A DNA stretch of 64,000 nucleotides from Candidatus Latescibacterota bacterium (GTDB taxonomy: Bacteria; Latescibacterota; UBA2968): contig OZ220741.1 of NCBI GenBank assembly GCA_965116885.1, positions 1 through 64,000 of the forward strand, given 5' to 3'. Below, one piece after another: positions 8,178 through 18,776 of this stretch. The position numbers and the translations under genes are program-made. Within the stretch, counting starts at the first letter, position 1; the number at the start of each line of letters is the position of its first letter. Below the pieces are notes generated by a model. The model was given only the letters and a program-made list of their open reading frames with translations, did not search any database and was not told where the DNA came from.

Positions 8178-11174
8178 ATGAAACCGAATATACGCTTGAC
8201 TATGACCCTCCTGCACGGATGCTCAATCCTCCTGTATCTTATAGCTCTCTTTGTACAGCCCGTTATGGCTGTGGACTCCTATCGCGTCTTAGCCGTGCGC
8301 GTCTCTTTTCCCCCCGAAGACCCCGACAACGAAACCACCAGTGGAAACGGCACGTTCAATCTCAGTACAGTCGAAAGCCCCGATCGTATCTACCCCTTTG
8401 ATGCGCCTCCCCATGACCGCGCCTATTTTGAAGCCCACCTGCAGGCACTTTCCAATTATTACCGCGACATATCCCAGGGGCAACTGACCATCGAATACGA
8501 TGTCTATCCACAAGATCCCACCGCGAGTTACGTCCTCGACACCCCCTTGATCGAATACGGCAATGGACGCACGAGGCGCGAAATAAATGAGCGCGTCACG
8601 CGGCTTTTTCGGGATGGTATTCGCGCTGCAGATGGCGCAGATGGTGCAAATATAGATTTCTCAAAATACCGCGCCTTTGCAGTATTTCACGCGGGACTCG
8701 GCGGAGAAGCAGGTCAAAAACTCAACGACATACCCTCGGCCTTTATTTTTCAACGCGACCTCATCGAACTCGCCGACGGCGCGATTTCCGTCAACAACGG
8801 TGCTTTTCACGTCACATCGGGTATGCTATTGCCCGAAGCCATCAGCACAAACGGTCAGGGTGGTCTCAATGGTACGATCGCCCGATTTTTTGCCTCGCAA
8901 CTCGGCTTGCCCGGTCTTTCGGACTTTGAAAACGATCTGCCTGCAATTGGCGACTGGAGTTTGATGGACACGGGTGCCAACAATCAAATTGACGCCGCTC
9001 GCCTGGGACTTCAACCCCTCAGAAACGACCCCGCCAGCACAACCCTGCTCGGATTCTTGCCCAGCCGCATGATCGCCTGGTGCCGCATGCAACTCGGCTG
9101 GCTCGAACCACTCGTGATCACCCACAACGACACCGTAGAAATCGCTGCATCCGGTAGCGCGTCCGATCTTCCGCAAGCTATTCGCGTGCCCATCAGCGCC
9201 ACAGAATATTTTTTAATTGAAAACCGCTACTCACGCCTCAATATTGAAAATCGCATCCCGCAAATCGAATTTTCCACCCCTCATAATGTCTGGCTTTCCA
9301 CAGATGACTACGATGCATTCATACCCGGCTCGGGCATTCTCATCTACCACATTGACGATGCGATTATTCGGGCCAGCGATGTAGAAAAACACATCAATAG
9401 CCACCCCGATTACAAAATTGCACCTGCCCAATATCGCCGCGGCATTGCTCTCGAAGAAGCCGATGGTCTGCAAGACATCGGCAATGTATCGGCCAGCCGC
9501 ATCATTCAAGCTGGTATCATCTCATTAAGCAGTATCGAAGGCGCGCCAGAAGACGCCTTTTACGTGGGCAACAACGCCGTATTTGATCCCAAGACCTCGC
9601 CGAATACCCGCAGCAACTTAGGCTATGAAAGCGGCATAACCATCGAAGTGCTCAGCCCACCCGGCGAAGTAATGTCAGTTGCTATCCGTTTTGCCAATCG
9701 GATAGATAACTGGCCGATTACAAACTTGAACCCCACACGAGGGGCACCCCGCGCCATCGACCTCGACGGAGACGGAAGCAAAGAGATCCTTCACAGTTCT
9801 GGCGCGTGGAAAATCTCGGGGACACCGCACGGTACGGACGAGGTATTTGCAACAACCCCTGCTATTGGCGACCTGAAAGAACCTGGATTCATCTATCATC
9901 GCGGAGAAACAACCCGAACGCACTGGCGTCCCAGTGGTACAGTCCGTGAAACCATCGATATCAATCCCCCTCCATTTTTCTCTTCAACACCCGTCATTAC
10001 AAAATTCCCCACAACGCCCGTCGATATCTGGGGAAGGAGCGATGGGAAAATCGAATGGGGTAATCTTCTATCTGAAACCGCGGGCAGCATCGCCCTGAGC
10101 GATGCCATCCAATCGCTCGCCGTGGGCAATATCGACGGCGACTCGGACAATGAACTCATCGCCATTACCAGCAGTGCTCAGCTCCACCTCATTCACGGAA
10201 CCAACCAATCCAATCCACTCGCCACATTCGCATCTCCCATCATCGGCGGCCCGGCAATAGGTGACCTCGACCGCGATGGCAATGACGACATTGCAGTCAT
10301 CTCAACAGACGGCATCCTCTCCATCCTCGACGCCAATGGTCTCACCTTTGCGAGCGACCCCGTACCCGGCGGCGCGCATTCACCTCCTGTTGTCGCCGAC
10401 CTCGATCGGGACGGATTTGTCGAAGTCCTCTTTGGCGGCAACGGCAAACTCTATCTCTATCGCTTCAACGCCATCTTGCAAACCGAAGGCGCCCTCGCCT
10501 TTCCGATAAAAGACGACGCCGGCCCCATCGAAGCACCGCCCATTCTCGCCGACATCAACAACGACGCATCCCCCGATATTTTTGTGGGTACACGCGGTGG
10601 CCTCCTCTACGGCCTGACCGCCGAAGGACATTCCCTACCGGGATTTCCCCTATTAGTGTCCGGCCCCATTCTCTCATCACCACTTATCGACGACCTTGAC
10701 AACGACGGCACTCTGGAACTCATTATATATACCGCCAACGGCAGCATGCACCTCTTCCACCTGGAAACAATTGACCCATCTTATACCGGCAACAAAATTA
10801 TCTGGGGACAACTCGGCGGCGGACCGGGCAACGCGGGCAAATTGCTCCAACAGCCTCTCGAAATCGCACCCCCAACAGACACCTCGCTTTTACCTGCGGC
10901 GCGAGCATATCTCTACCCCAACCCGATCCGCAATGGCGACAGGGCGCGCATTCGCTTTTTTTTATTGGAACCCGCCGAAATCACTATGACCATTTACAAT
11001 CCCCTCGGTGAAAGAGTCGCCGACCTCATTCACAACAATCCCATGCCCAACACCGACAACGAAATCGCCTGGGATGTATCCGATTATGCCAGCGGCCTCT
11101 ATATCTGTCGCCTGCAAGCCAGCAACGGCACGCGCACAGAGGTGCGATTTATCAAAGCCGCGATAATAAAGTAA
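8178..11174 (+). CDS. Secreted M6-peptidase-like plus FG-GAP repeat protein with C-terminal T9SS-CTD/FlgD-Ig-like domain
   Basis: VFHAG, WSLMD, QLGW, EYFLIENR, GILIYHID (M6-like); GDLDRDGNDD repeats; YPNP...IYNPLGE...ASGLYICRL C-terminus; HExxH motif missing. Confidence 0.78.
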   Translation: MKPNIRLTMTLLHGCSILLYLIALFVQPVMAVDSYRVLAVRVSFPPEDPDNETTSGNGTFNLSTVESPDRIYPFDAPPHDRAYFEAHLQALSNYYRDISQGQLTIEYDVYPQDPTASYVLDTPLIEYGNGRTRREINERVTRLFRDGIRAADGADGANIDFSKYRAFAVFHAGLGGEAGQKLNDIPSAFIFQRDLIELADGAISVNNGAFHVTSGMLLPEAISTNGQGGLNGTIARFFASQLGLPGLSDFENDLPAIGDWSLMDTGANNQIDAARLGLQPLRNDPASTTLLGFLPSRMIAWCRMQLGWLEPLVITHNDTVEIAASGSASDLPQAIRVPISATEYFLIENRYSRLNIENRIPQIEFSTPHNVWLSTDDYDAFIPGSGILIYHIDDAIIRASDVEKHINSHPDYKIAPAQYRRGIALEEADGLQDIGNVSASRIIQAGIISLSSIEGAPEDAFYVGNNAVFDPKTSPNTRSNLGYESGITIEVLSPPGEVMSVAIRFANRIDNWPITNLNPTRGAPRAIDLDGDGSKEILHSSGAWKISGTPHGTDEVFATTPAIGDLKEPGFIYHRGETTRTHWRPSGTVRETIDINPPPFFSSTPVITKFPTTPVDIWGRSDGKIEWGNLLSETAGSIALSDAIQSLAVGNIDGDSDNELIAITSSAQLHLIHGTNQSNPLATFASPIIGGPAIGDLDRDGNDDIAVISTDGILSILDANGLTFASDPVPGGAHSPPVVADLDRDGFVEVLFGGNGKLYLYRFNAILQTEGALAFPIKDDAGPIEAPPILADINNDASPDIFVGTRGGLLYGLTAEGHSLPGFPLLVSGPILSSPLIDDLDNDGTLELIIYTANGSMHLFHLETIDPSYTGNKIIWGQLGGGPGNAGKLLQQPLEIAPPTDTSLLPAARAYLYPNPIRNGDRARIRFFLLEPAEITMTIYNPLGERVADLIHNNPMPNTDNEIAWDVSDYASGLYICRLQASNGTRTEVRFIKAAIIK

Positions 11175-11222
11175 GAAGGTGCAGGTTTAACCCTTCATTC
11201 GCGTTTCATCTGCGGATCAAAC

Positions 11223-14200
11223 ATGTCTTACAAAATCACACAAACGATCCTCATCCTCCTGACCCTGAGTACACAGGCCCTCGCGCAATTTGACGCCAAT
11301 CACCCCGAACTGAACTGGCGCGTCATTGAAACCGAGCACTTCAAAGTCTATTACCATCAGGGACTGGAAAAACTGGCTCCGCGTGCTGCCCAAATCGCCG
11401 AAGACGCGTACAGCCCAATCGCGTCCTTTTACAATTTTGAACCCGATAGCAAAGTCCGCATCATTCTCAAAGACACCGAAGACTATGCCAATGGCGCAGC
11501 GTATTATTACCATAACACCATCGAAATCTGGGTCTCCAACCTCGACTTTGCATTGCGCGGCAGTACAGATTGGCTCCCAAACGTGATAACGCACGAATTG
11601 ACGCACATCATCTCACTCCAAATCGCTCGAAAATCCTCGCGGCGCATCCCCGCCATCTTCGTCAACTATCTGCAATATCAGGGCGAAGGTAAACGCGACG
11701 ACATCCTCGCTGGCTATCCCAATGTCCTTGCCGCATACGCCATTCCCGCCACCATCATCCCACCCTGGTTTGCCGAAGGCACGGCGCAATACATGGCACC
11801 GGGCGCACAACACGACCGCTGGGACTCGCACCGCGATATGGTCTTGCGCCAGGCCATGCGCAGTGGGAGCTTACTCACCCGCGACGAAATGTCTGTCTTT
11901 GGCGCCAAAACAGGTCTCGGATTTGAAAAAGTGTACGACCACGGCTACTCGCTCTCCCTCTTTATTGTCGATACCTTTGGGCGCGACAAACTCCCCGAAT
12001 TGTATCGGCAAATGAAAGTCTGGTGGCGCACGGATTTTGGCGGCGCAATCCACGCGACCCTGGGCATCTCTGCAAGCGAATTGCACGCGCGCTGGGTCGC
12101 ATCGCTCAAAAAACGCTATGCGGCTCAAATCGCACAGGTCGAAACCAGTCCCGCACAGGGCGACCTCATCCGCGAAGACGGCTACCTCAATCTGCACCCT
12201 CGCTGGTCTCCCGATGGAACAAAACTCGCCTACCTCTCCAATAAAGGGCGCGATTATGGGCGCACGAGTTTGATGGTCTATACCCTCGCTGACAGCAGCG
12301 TAGAAATCACCGCTCCCAGCGCGGTCACGGCCTTTGACTGGTCAACCGATGGCGAGCAATTCCTCTACGCGCGCCACAGCCAACCCAATAAATACGGTGC
12401 GCGGCAATGGGACCTCTACACCATGGATACCAAAGCCGTCAAATCGAGCCTGTTTCAAAATGTCAAAGCCACGATTGGTCTCTCACGAGCCACTTTCCCG
12501 GGCGAAACGCGCCTCAGCACTGGCTTGCGCGGCATTCACCCGGCCTATTCGCCAGACGGAACGCAAATTGCGTTTGTCAAAAATGGCGGAGGCAACACCA
12601 ACCTCTGTATCCTCGACATCGCGGCAGATACTATTCGCTATCTCACATCTTTCGACAATGGCTCACAGGTCGCCACCCCGCGCTGGTCTCCCGATGGATC
12701 GCAAATCGCATTCTCGCTCTACCAAAGCGGTACCTCGCGGGACATCGCCACCATTCCCGCAACGGGCGGCGACTACACAGTGCGCATCGCCTCCCGCGAA
12801 ACCGACCGCGATCCGTGCTGGACACCCGATGGCTCATCCCTCGTATTTGCCTCTGACCAAGACGGCATCTTCAACCTCTATCGCGCCAATCTATCCAACG
12901 GCACAATAGACCGCCTCACCCGCGTGTACGGCGGCGCATTTCAACCCCACGTTCATCCAGATGGCCATCGCATCGCCTATGCACACTACGGCAAAAATGC
13001 CTACGAAATTCGCGTTATCTCTCAGCCATTAAATGAATCCGCAGAGACCAACATCTTTCGAGTCGAACCCTTCGGCTCCACACCGCCCAAACCCGCAATA
13101 GCGAGCCGCCCATACAAAAATGAATTTTCATCCACCACCATACTTCCGCGTCTGGCAATCGACAGCGGCAAACTCAAACTCGGCGCTATAGCGGGATCCG
13201 ACGACGTCTTGCGAAAGCAAACCTTTTTTATCAGTGGTCTGCTTGCCCACGATCTGGATATGGACCTGTACGCACTTTACGAATACCGAAAAAAACGGCC
13301 TACCTTTTTTCTCGAAGCCTATCGTCTATCGCGCCACGTTGAAGAAGATGTAATCAGCCGCGACGAAGACTTTCGCATCTACAACCGCACTTTTGCGCTC
13401 ACGGGCATTGAAATAGGCGGCAAATACACCCTGAGACGCGGCGGTACGATCGACGCGCGACTCGTGTACAATCGCACGGGCGCTGTTCTGGATCAAGCGC
13501 GGTTCAACGGCCTCAATCGCGACATAGTGGCCGCCACAACCCTCAACGGATTTGATCTCGCCCTCACCTATCGCCTCAATGCCATAGGTCGATCCCGCGA
13601 CTCGGAAATCAATCCCCGATCCGGACGTCGTCTCGCGCTGCGTTACGACCGTTATTTCAACTGGTTCATCAGTGGCTTTGAGGAAAACACCTCGCTGATT
13701 GTCGAAACCTACGACCGCTATTTCTACAACCAACTCTCCCTCGACTGGAACGAATTTATCCCGGTCGCTCCCGGTCGCAGTGCCCTGAGTTTCCGCTTTT
13801 TTGGCGGCGTGATCGACAGCGAAGTTGACGACACCTTTGACTTCTTCCTCGGCGGCTTGCCCGGCATGAAAGGATATACGTTTTACAGCCTGGAAGGCCG
13901 CCGCGCCCTGATGTTGCGGTCGGCTTATCGCTTTCCCCTCTGGTCGCGCATCAATCGACAAACCGGTCCGATCTACTCCGACCAGCTCTACGGCGCATTC
14001 TTTGCCGGAATCGCCCGCGCCTGGGATGGCACATCCGATGACGCGATACTCAAACGCGGCTGGAAACGCGAACTGGGCACGCAGTTGCGCTACGATGCCA
14101 CCTCGTTTTATCTTTTTCCCACACGCGCCAGCCTCGACGTAGCCTATGGTTTTGACCATGTGCCTTTGCAACGGGCTGGCGATCCACTTGAACGAAGCGG

Positions 14201-14264
14201 CTTGAAGATTTACTTTACATTGTTATTTGGATTTGTTACAGATGTTGGGAAAGTCAACTTTTAG
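11223..14264 (+). CDS. Zincin (HELTH) plus PD40/TolB beta-propeller plus Omp85-like barrel protein
   Basis: Signal peptide, WRVIETEHF, HELTH...WFAEG, WSPDG repeats, LGGLPGMKGY loop, C-terminal beta-strands. Confidence 0.78.
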   Translation: MSYKITQTILILLTLSTQALAQFDANHPELNWRVIETEHFKVYYHQGLEKLAPRAAQIAEDAYSPIASFYNFEPDSKVRIILKDTEDYANGAAYYYHNTIEIWVSNLDFALRGSTDWLPNVITHELTHIISLQIARKSSRRIPAIFVNYLQYQGEGKRDDILAGYPNVLAAYAIPATIIPPWFAEGTAQYMAPGAQHDRWDSHRDMVLRQAMRSGSLLTRDEMSVFGAKTGLGFEKVYDHGYSLSLFIVDTFGRDKLPELYRQMKVWWRTDFGGAIHATLGISASELHARWVASLKKRYAAQIAQVETSPAQGDLIREDGYLNLHPRWSPDGTKLAYLSNKGRDYGRTSLMVYTLADSSVEITAPSAVTAFDWSTDGEQFLYARHSQPNKYGARQWDLYTMDTKAVKSSLFQNVKATIGLSRATFPGETRLSTGLRGIHPAYSPDGTQIAFVKNGGGNTNLCILDIAADTIRYLTSFDNGSQVATPRWSPDGSQIAFSLYQSGTSRDIATIPATGGDYTVRIASRETDRDPCWTPDGSSLVFASDQDGIFNLYRANLSNGTIDRLTRVYGGAFQPHVHPDGHRIAYAHYGKNAYEIRVISQPLNESAETNIFRVEPFGSTPPKPAIASRPYKNEFSSTTILPRLAIDSGKLKLGAIAGSDDVLRKQTFFISGLLAHDLDMDLYALYEYRKKRPTFFLEAYRLSRHVEEDVISRDEDFRIYNRTFALTGIEIGGKYTLRRGGTIDARLVYNRTGAVLDQARFNGLNRDIVAATTLNGFDLALTYRLNAIGRSRDSEINPRSGRRLALRYDRYFNWFISGFEENTSLIVETYDRYFYNQLSLDWNEFIPVAPGRSALSFRFFGGVIDSEVDDTFDFFLGGLPGMKGYTFYSLEGRRALMLRSAYRFPLWSRINRQTGPIYSDQLYGAFFAGIARAWDGTSDDAILKRGWKRELGTQLRYDATSFYLFPTRASLDVAYGFDHVPLQRAGDPLERSGLKIYFTLLFGFVTDVGKVNF

Positions 14265-14278
14265 CCAAAGGACTCCCC

Positions 14279-14950
14279 ATGCGAACATTCACACTCTGCA
14301 CCCTTGTTTTCGCGCTCATGTGCGGGCAGGCCGCCGCGGAAAAATCACCTAAAACGGCCTTCTTTCTCTCACTGCTTGTACCGGGTCTGGGTGAATTATA
14401 TGCCGGAGCCAAAATGCGCGCAGTCGGGTTTATGGGTGCAGAAGCCCTCACCTGGACCGCTTATGTTTCATGGCGAGGCAAAGGCAATGACATTAAGGAA
14501 GAATTTCGGGCGTATGCCGATCAGCATTGGCGGGAAGCGCGGTACACCGCCTGGCGGGAATGGAACAAAACTCAGCCCGAGCCGTATCACGAAACCCACG
14601 CCCTGCCCTCCAAAAGCGCAGACACGCAGCAGTATTACGAACTCATTGGCAAATACCATCAATTTGTCTATGGCTGGGACGATGTGACGGCTGACTTTTC
14701 CACCGATAACAAGAACGTGCCATCGCCACGCAGGCTGGACTATGAAACGCGTCGCAACGACAGCAACAAATACCTCAAACGCGCGTCTGTTGTCACAGGC
14801 CTGGCAGTGCTCAACCACATTGCCAGTGCCATACACGCCTCGGCCTATACGCGCACGCTCAAAAAAAAGACCGAACCGAGCTTGTGGATCGACATCACGC
14901 CGGTCGATCGCCATGGACGGTCCATGGTCGAATTGAAAACGAGATTTTAG
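14279..14950 (+). CDS. Exported DUF5683-like protein
   Basis: Signal peptide then KSPKTAFFLSLLVPGLGELYAG; QQYYELIGKY; ends in Phe. Confidence 0.65.
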   Translation: MRTFTLCTLVFALMCGQAAAEKSPKTAFFLSLLVPGLGELYAGAKMRAVGFMGAEALTWTAYVSWRGKGNDIKEEFRAYADQHWREARYTAWREWNKTQPEPYHETHALPSKSADTQQYYELIGKYHQFVYGWDDVTADFSTDNKNVPSPRRLDYETRRNDSNKYLKRASVVTGLAVLNHIASAIHASAYTRTLKKKTEPSLWIDITPVDRHGRSMVELKTRF

Positions 14951-14954
14951 CATC

Positions 14955-15578
14955 ATGAAAACACCATTCCATATCCTGATCGTCTGTGCCTGTTTGCTCG
15001 CTCCCTCTGCCGCACTTGCACACGAAGCGAAATCACCTAAAAAAGCCGCCTTTTTATCCGTTCTCTTACCCGGCCTGGGCGAGCGATATGCGGGCGGGCG
15101 AAAATCCGCGAAATTTTTCCTATTTACCGAAGGCATGTTCTGGACGGGATTATTTGCATTTCAAAAACTCAACACCACGCGAGAAAACACCTTCCGCGCT
15201 TATGCCGCGGCACGCGCTGGCGCAACCACCGTCAAAAAACCCAACTCTCATTACGACCGCCTATCCAGTTACAACAGCATCTACGACTACAACGCCCGAT
15301 TGCTATATGTCGAAGGCACATCGGGCAACCCACTGCCAGAAACACCCGAAAACTTTTGGGAGTGGGACACACCGGCTTCCCGCGAGCACTTTCGAGAACT
15401 GCGAAGCAAAGCCACCTGGGCACGCACACGCGGCTTTCTCTTTGTGGGCGCACTCATCTTCAATCGCTTTGCCAGCGCGTTAAACGCCGCCAACATCGCT
15501 GCCAAAACCCGTCCCATTGCAACTGTTTCCCCCAATACCTCTGGGGACTTACAGGTGCAACTCTCAGTCCGATTTTAA
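14955..15578 (+). CDS. Exported DUF5683-like protein, paralog of the preceding gene
   Basis: KSPKKAAFLSVLLPGLGERYAG; ends VQLSVRF. Confidence 0.65.
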   Translation: MKTPFHILIVCACLLAPSAALAHEAKSPKKAAFLSVLLPGLGERYAGGRKSAKFFLFTEGMFWTGLFAFQKLNTTRENTFRAYAAARAGATTVKKPNSHYDRLSSYNSIYDYNARLLYVEGTSGNPLPETPENFWEWDTPASREHFRELRSKATWARTRGFLFVGALIFNRFASALNAANIAAKTRPIATVSPNTSGDLQVQLSVRF

Positions 15579-15580
15579 CA

Positions 15581-17107
15581 ATGTCTCCGCCAACAACGCC
15601 CAAACGCGATTTGCGTTATCTTTCTTTTATCATTGCTTGCTGCATTGCGTTTTTTTGCATCACAGCCCACGCCCAACCCATCCCCCAAAGCGGAACCCAC
15701 CTGATTCCTCGCCAAACCCCACCCTATCGCCCCGCAACCAAAATCTCCTTCTCCACGCCATTCCGCGTTGGCGATACGCTCACGCTGCCCGCATACAGTT
15801 TTCAACTCGTTGGCGGTGGAAAATACCACACCACAACAACCTGTCGCTATGTGGGCGACCACTGTTACATTTTTGTAGAAGATGACATGTGGAACACCCC
15901 GCGCGTAACACAAACGGGTATTGAATCCCTCGCACGCGCGTTTGATCAATCCACCGCACGTCATCCCGACCACGGCATTTACGAGACAGTCACCGACCTC
16001 TTTGGCGATCCCCCGGATGTCGATGCCGATCCCCGCATACTCATCCTGGTACTCGACGTGCTCGACAGTCCAATCACAGGCATCACATTTATCGGTTATA
16101 TCGATACCAACAACGAAGCCCCACCTGTCTCGCGCGAAATCATTTATATCGACGCTCGGCCCCTCGACATTGGCAGCAACCTCGCACGCGCCACACTCGC
16201 CCACGAATTTCAGCACCTGATCCACTGGAAAGCCGATCCCGACGAATCCAAATGGCTCGACGAAGGGTGCTCGGAATACGCCGAACTCGCCTGTGGATAC
16301 AAAGACACGACAGCAGCCGCGACCGAAAATTTTCTCTCGCTCGCGTCCAATACAGACCTCACCTATTGGGAAGATCAGTTTTTTGATTTTGACCAGGCAT
16401 ATCTCTATATGACGTACTTCGCACAGCGCTATGGCGAGGGCGCACTCCGCAAACTCGTCGCAGACCCGGACAGCAGCATAACGAGCATCGATAATCTTCT
16501 CCAATCGCTCAACGCACCCGAACGCTTCGACCACCTCTTTGGACAATGGGCCGCTGCCATGTACCTCGACGGCGAGGGCGACCTCGGCTATCGCGCCATT
16601 GACCTGCACCCGGTAAAGCGCGAAATCCTCACCATCCCGACCAATAACCTCACGCGACGCGCCACGCGCTGGGGCATAGACTATCTCGATCTGGGTGAAA
16701 CACCCGGCCTCGCCTTCACACTCCAATCCACAGGTGACAACGACCTTCTCGTCACACTCATCGCCGAAGGGGATCACCCCTTTGCCGCACCGATCCCCAT
16801 TCCAGCCTCACAGAGCAAACGCATACATACATCGGGCAATATTGCCAGAAGCCTCGCCATCACCTCCACATCTGGCACAACAATTGGTTACACCCTCTCC
16901 GTATCTGAACTCGCGTCCGGCTCCGCAACATCAGACTTTGATGGCGACGGAGAAATCGGCTTCTCGGACTTCCTCGCCTTTGTCTCGGGCTTTGGCAAAA
17001 CCGCAGGTGACGTTGGCTTCGACCCCACCTTTGACCTCGACGGCGACCTGCGCGTTACCTTCTCAGACTTCCTCATATTTGTCCAAAACTTCGGCGCAGA
17101 CTTTTAA
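15581..17107 (+). CDS. Secreted zinc metallopeptidase (M30-like) with C-terminal dockerin-like EF-hand pair
   Basis: TLAHEFQHLIH, WLDEGCSEYA; DFDGDGEIGFSDF / DLDGDLRVTFSDF; start re-placed after the upstream stop. Confidence 0.8.
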   Translation: MSPPTTPKRDLRYLSFIIACCIAFFCITAHAQPIPQSGTHLIPRQTPPYRPATKISFSTPFRVGDTLTLPAYSFQLVGGGKYHTTTTCRYVGDHCYIFVEDDMWNTPRVTQTGIESLARAFDQSTARHPDHGIYETVTDLFGDPPDVDADPRILILVLDVLDSPITGITFIGYIDTNNEAPPVSREIIYIDARPLDIGSNLARATLAHEFQHLIHWKADPDESKWLDEGCSEYAELACGYKDTTAAATENFLSLASNTDLTYWEDQFFDFDQAYLYMTYFAQRYGEGALRKLVADPDSSITSIDNLLQSLNAPERFDHLFGQWAAAMYLDGEGDLGYRAIDLHPVKREILTIPTNNLTRRATRWGIDYLDLGETPGLAFTLQSTGDNDLLVTLIAEGDHPFAAPIPIPASQSKRIHTSGNIARSLAITSTSGTTIGYTLSVSELASGSATSDFDGDGEIGFSDFLAFVSGFGKTAGDVGFDPTFDLDGDLRVTFSDFLIFVQNFGADF

Positions 17108-17131
17108 CATAAAAAAACGAAAGGGACTCCC

Positions 17132-18724
17132 ATGCCAATCACGACCCTTATCCACTCAGGAAAGATCATCGACGGCACTGGCAACCCCTATTTCTACGGC
17201 GATGTCGCCCTACAAAACGGCAAAATATCCGCCATCAAACCACCGGGTTCCATCCCCCGCGACGGCATAGACGAAATCGTCAATGCTTCCGGTCACATCG
17301 TCTGTCCCGGCTTCATCGACATACAGAGCCATTCCATCGTCCCACTCATGCGCGACGGCCGATGCCTCTCCAAAATCACACAGGGCATCACGACCGAAAT
17401 CATGGGCGAAGCGTGGACCCCCGCACCTGTCGGTGGCTCCAACACCCTCTCGCGATCCCTACCCAAAGACTGGCGGGAACGCGCGCAGAACTGGCACCGC
17501 TTCGGCAACTGGCTCGACGCCATGATCGAAGCCGGCGTCTCTCCCAACGTCGGCTCCTTCCTGGGCGCAGGCACCCTGCGCGCGCACGCAATGGGCATGC
17601 GGATGGGTGAGCCAACCCCCGACGAAATGAAAACCATGCACCGCGTCATGGCCGAATCCATGGAAGACGGCGCCTTCGGTCCTTCCTATGCCCTTATCTA
17701 CCCGCCGGACACATATACCAGCACGGATGAAATCGTCGAAATCTGCAAGACAGCGGCGCGATTCGGCGGCATCTACATCACCCACATCCGGTCCGAAGCC
17801 GACAAACTTCTCGAAGCCCTGGACGAAGCCATCGAAATCGGACAGCGCGCCAACATCCCGGTCGAAGTCTATCACCTCAAAGCCGTTCCCGAGCGCAACT
17901 ATCCCAAGATGCACCAGGTCATCGAGCGTATAAATCAGGTACGCGCCGAGGGCCTCGACATCACCGCCGATATGTATCCCTACACGGCCAGCGGCACCGG
18001 CCTATCCACTGTCCTGCCCACCTGGGTGGCCGCAGACGGCAAATTCTTCGACAACCTGCGCGACCCCGACATCCGTGCGAAAATCGTCTCCGAAGTCAGA
18101 ACCCGCCAGGGCGAAATCCCCCGTCGCCCCGACCGGATCGCTCCAGTCGGATTCAAAAAACCCGAAAACCAGCAGTACATCGGCAAACGTCTCTCCGAGA
18201 TTGCCGAGACGCGCGACCAGGACTGGGTAGAAGCCACCATCGACCTCCTGCTATCGGAAAACCAGCGCATCTTCACCATCTACCACACCATATCTGAAGA
18301 CAACGTCCGTCTCCAACTCCAGCTCCCCTGGATCAAAGTCTCCACAGACGCCGGCGGTGTCGATCCAGAACGGGTGGCTGCTGAAGGACCGCTCCACCCC
18401 CGGTCGTACGGAACCTATCCCCGCGTCCTGGGCCACTACGTCCGCGACGAAAAGCTCATGCCACTCGAAGAAGCCATCCGCAAAATGACCTCCTCAGTCG
18501 CCAATCGCCTCTCACTGTGGGACCGCGGGCGACTCCAGCCCAACTGCTGGGCCGATGTCATCGTCTTTGACCCCGACACAGTCGCCGACCGCTCGACATT
18601 CGACGACCCTCACCAACTCTCTATCGGCATCCGCGACGTCTTCGTCAACGGCATCCGTGTCCTCGAAAATGGCGAACACACAGGCGCGACCCCCGGGATG
18701 TTTGTCAAAGGTTCAGGTGCATAA
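17132..18724 (+). CDS. N-acyl-D-amino-acid deacylase family amidohydrolase
   Basis: IIDGTGNP, PGFIDIQSH, THIRSE, DMYPYTAS, HPRSYGTYPRVLG, ADVIVFDP. Confidence 0.88.
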   Translation: MPITTLIHSGKIIDGTGNPYFYGDVALQNGKISAIKPPGSIPRDGIDEIVNASGHIVCPGFIDIQSHSIVPLMRDGRCLSKITQGITTEIMGEAWTPAPVGGSNTLSRSLPKDWRERAQNWHRFGNWLDAMIEAGVSPNVGSFLGAGTLRAHAMGMRMGEPTPDEMKTMHRVMAESMEDGAFGPSYALIYPPDTYTSTDEIVEICKTAARFGGIYITHIRSEADKLLEALDEAIEIGQRANIPVEVYHLKAVPERNYPKMHQVIERINQVRAEGLDITADMYPYTASGTGLSTVLPTWVAADGKFFDNLRDPDIRAKIVSEVRTRQGEIPRRPDRIAPVGFKKPENQQYIGKRLSEIAETRDQDWVEATIDLLLSENQRIFTIYHTISEDNVRLQLQLPWIKVSTDAGGVDPERVAAEGPLHPRSYGTYPRVLGHYVRDEKLMPLEEAIRKMTSSVANRLSLWDRGRLQPNCWADVIVFDPDTVADRSTFDDPHQLSIGIRDVFVNGIRVLENGEHTGATPGMFVKGSGA

Positions 18725-18776
18725 AATATTATTCTTTTGGACAATACGTGTCACTTAAACCCTTGAGAGAAGACTA

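Noticed and set aside
13326..14171. 281-aa minus-strand ORF
   Set aside because: Antisense shadow of the barrel-coding region.
15575..16777. 400-aa minus-strand ORF
   Set aside because: Shadow frame of the metallopeptidase gene; no motifs.
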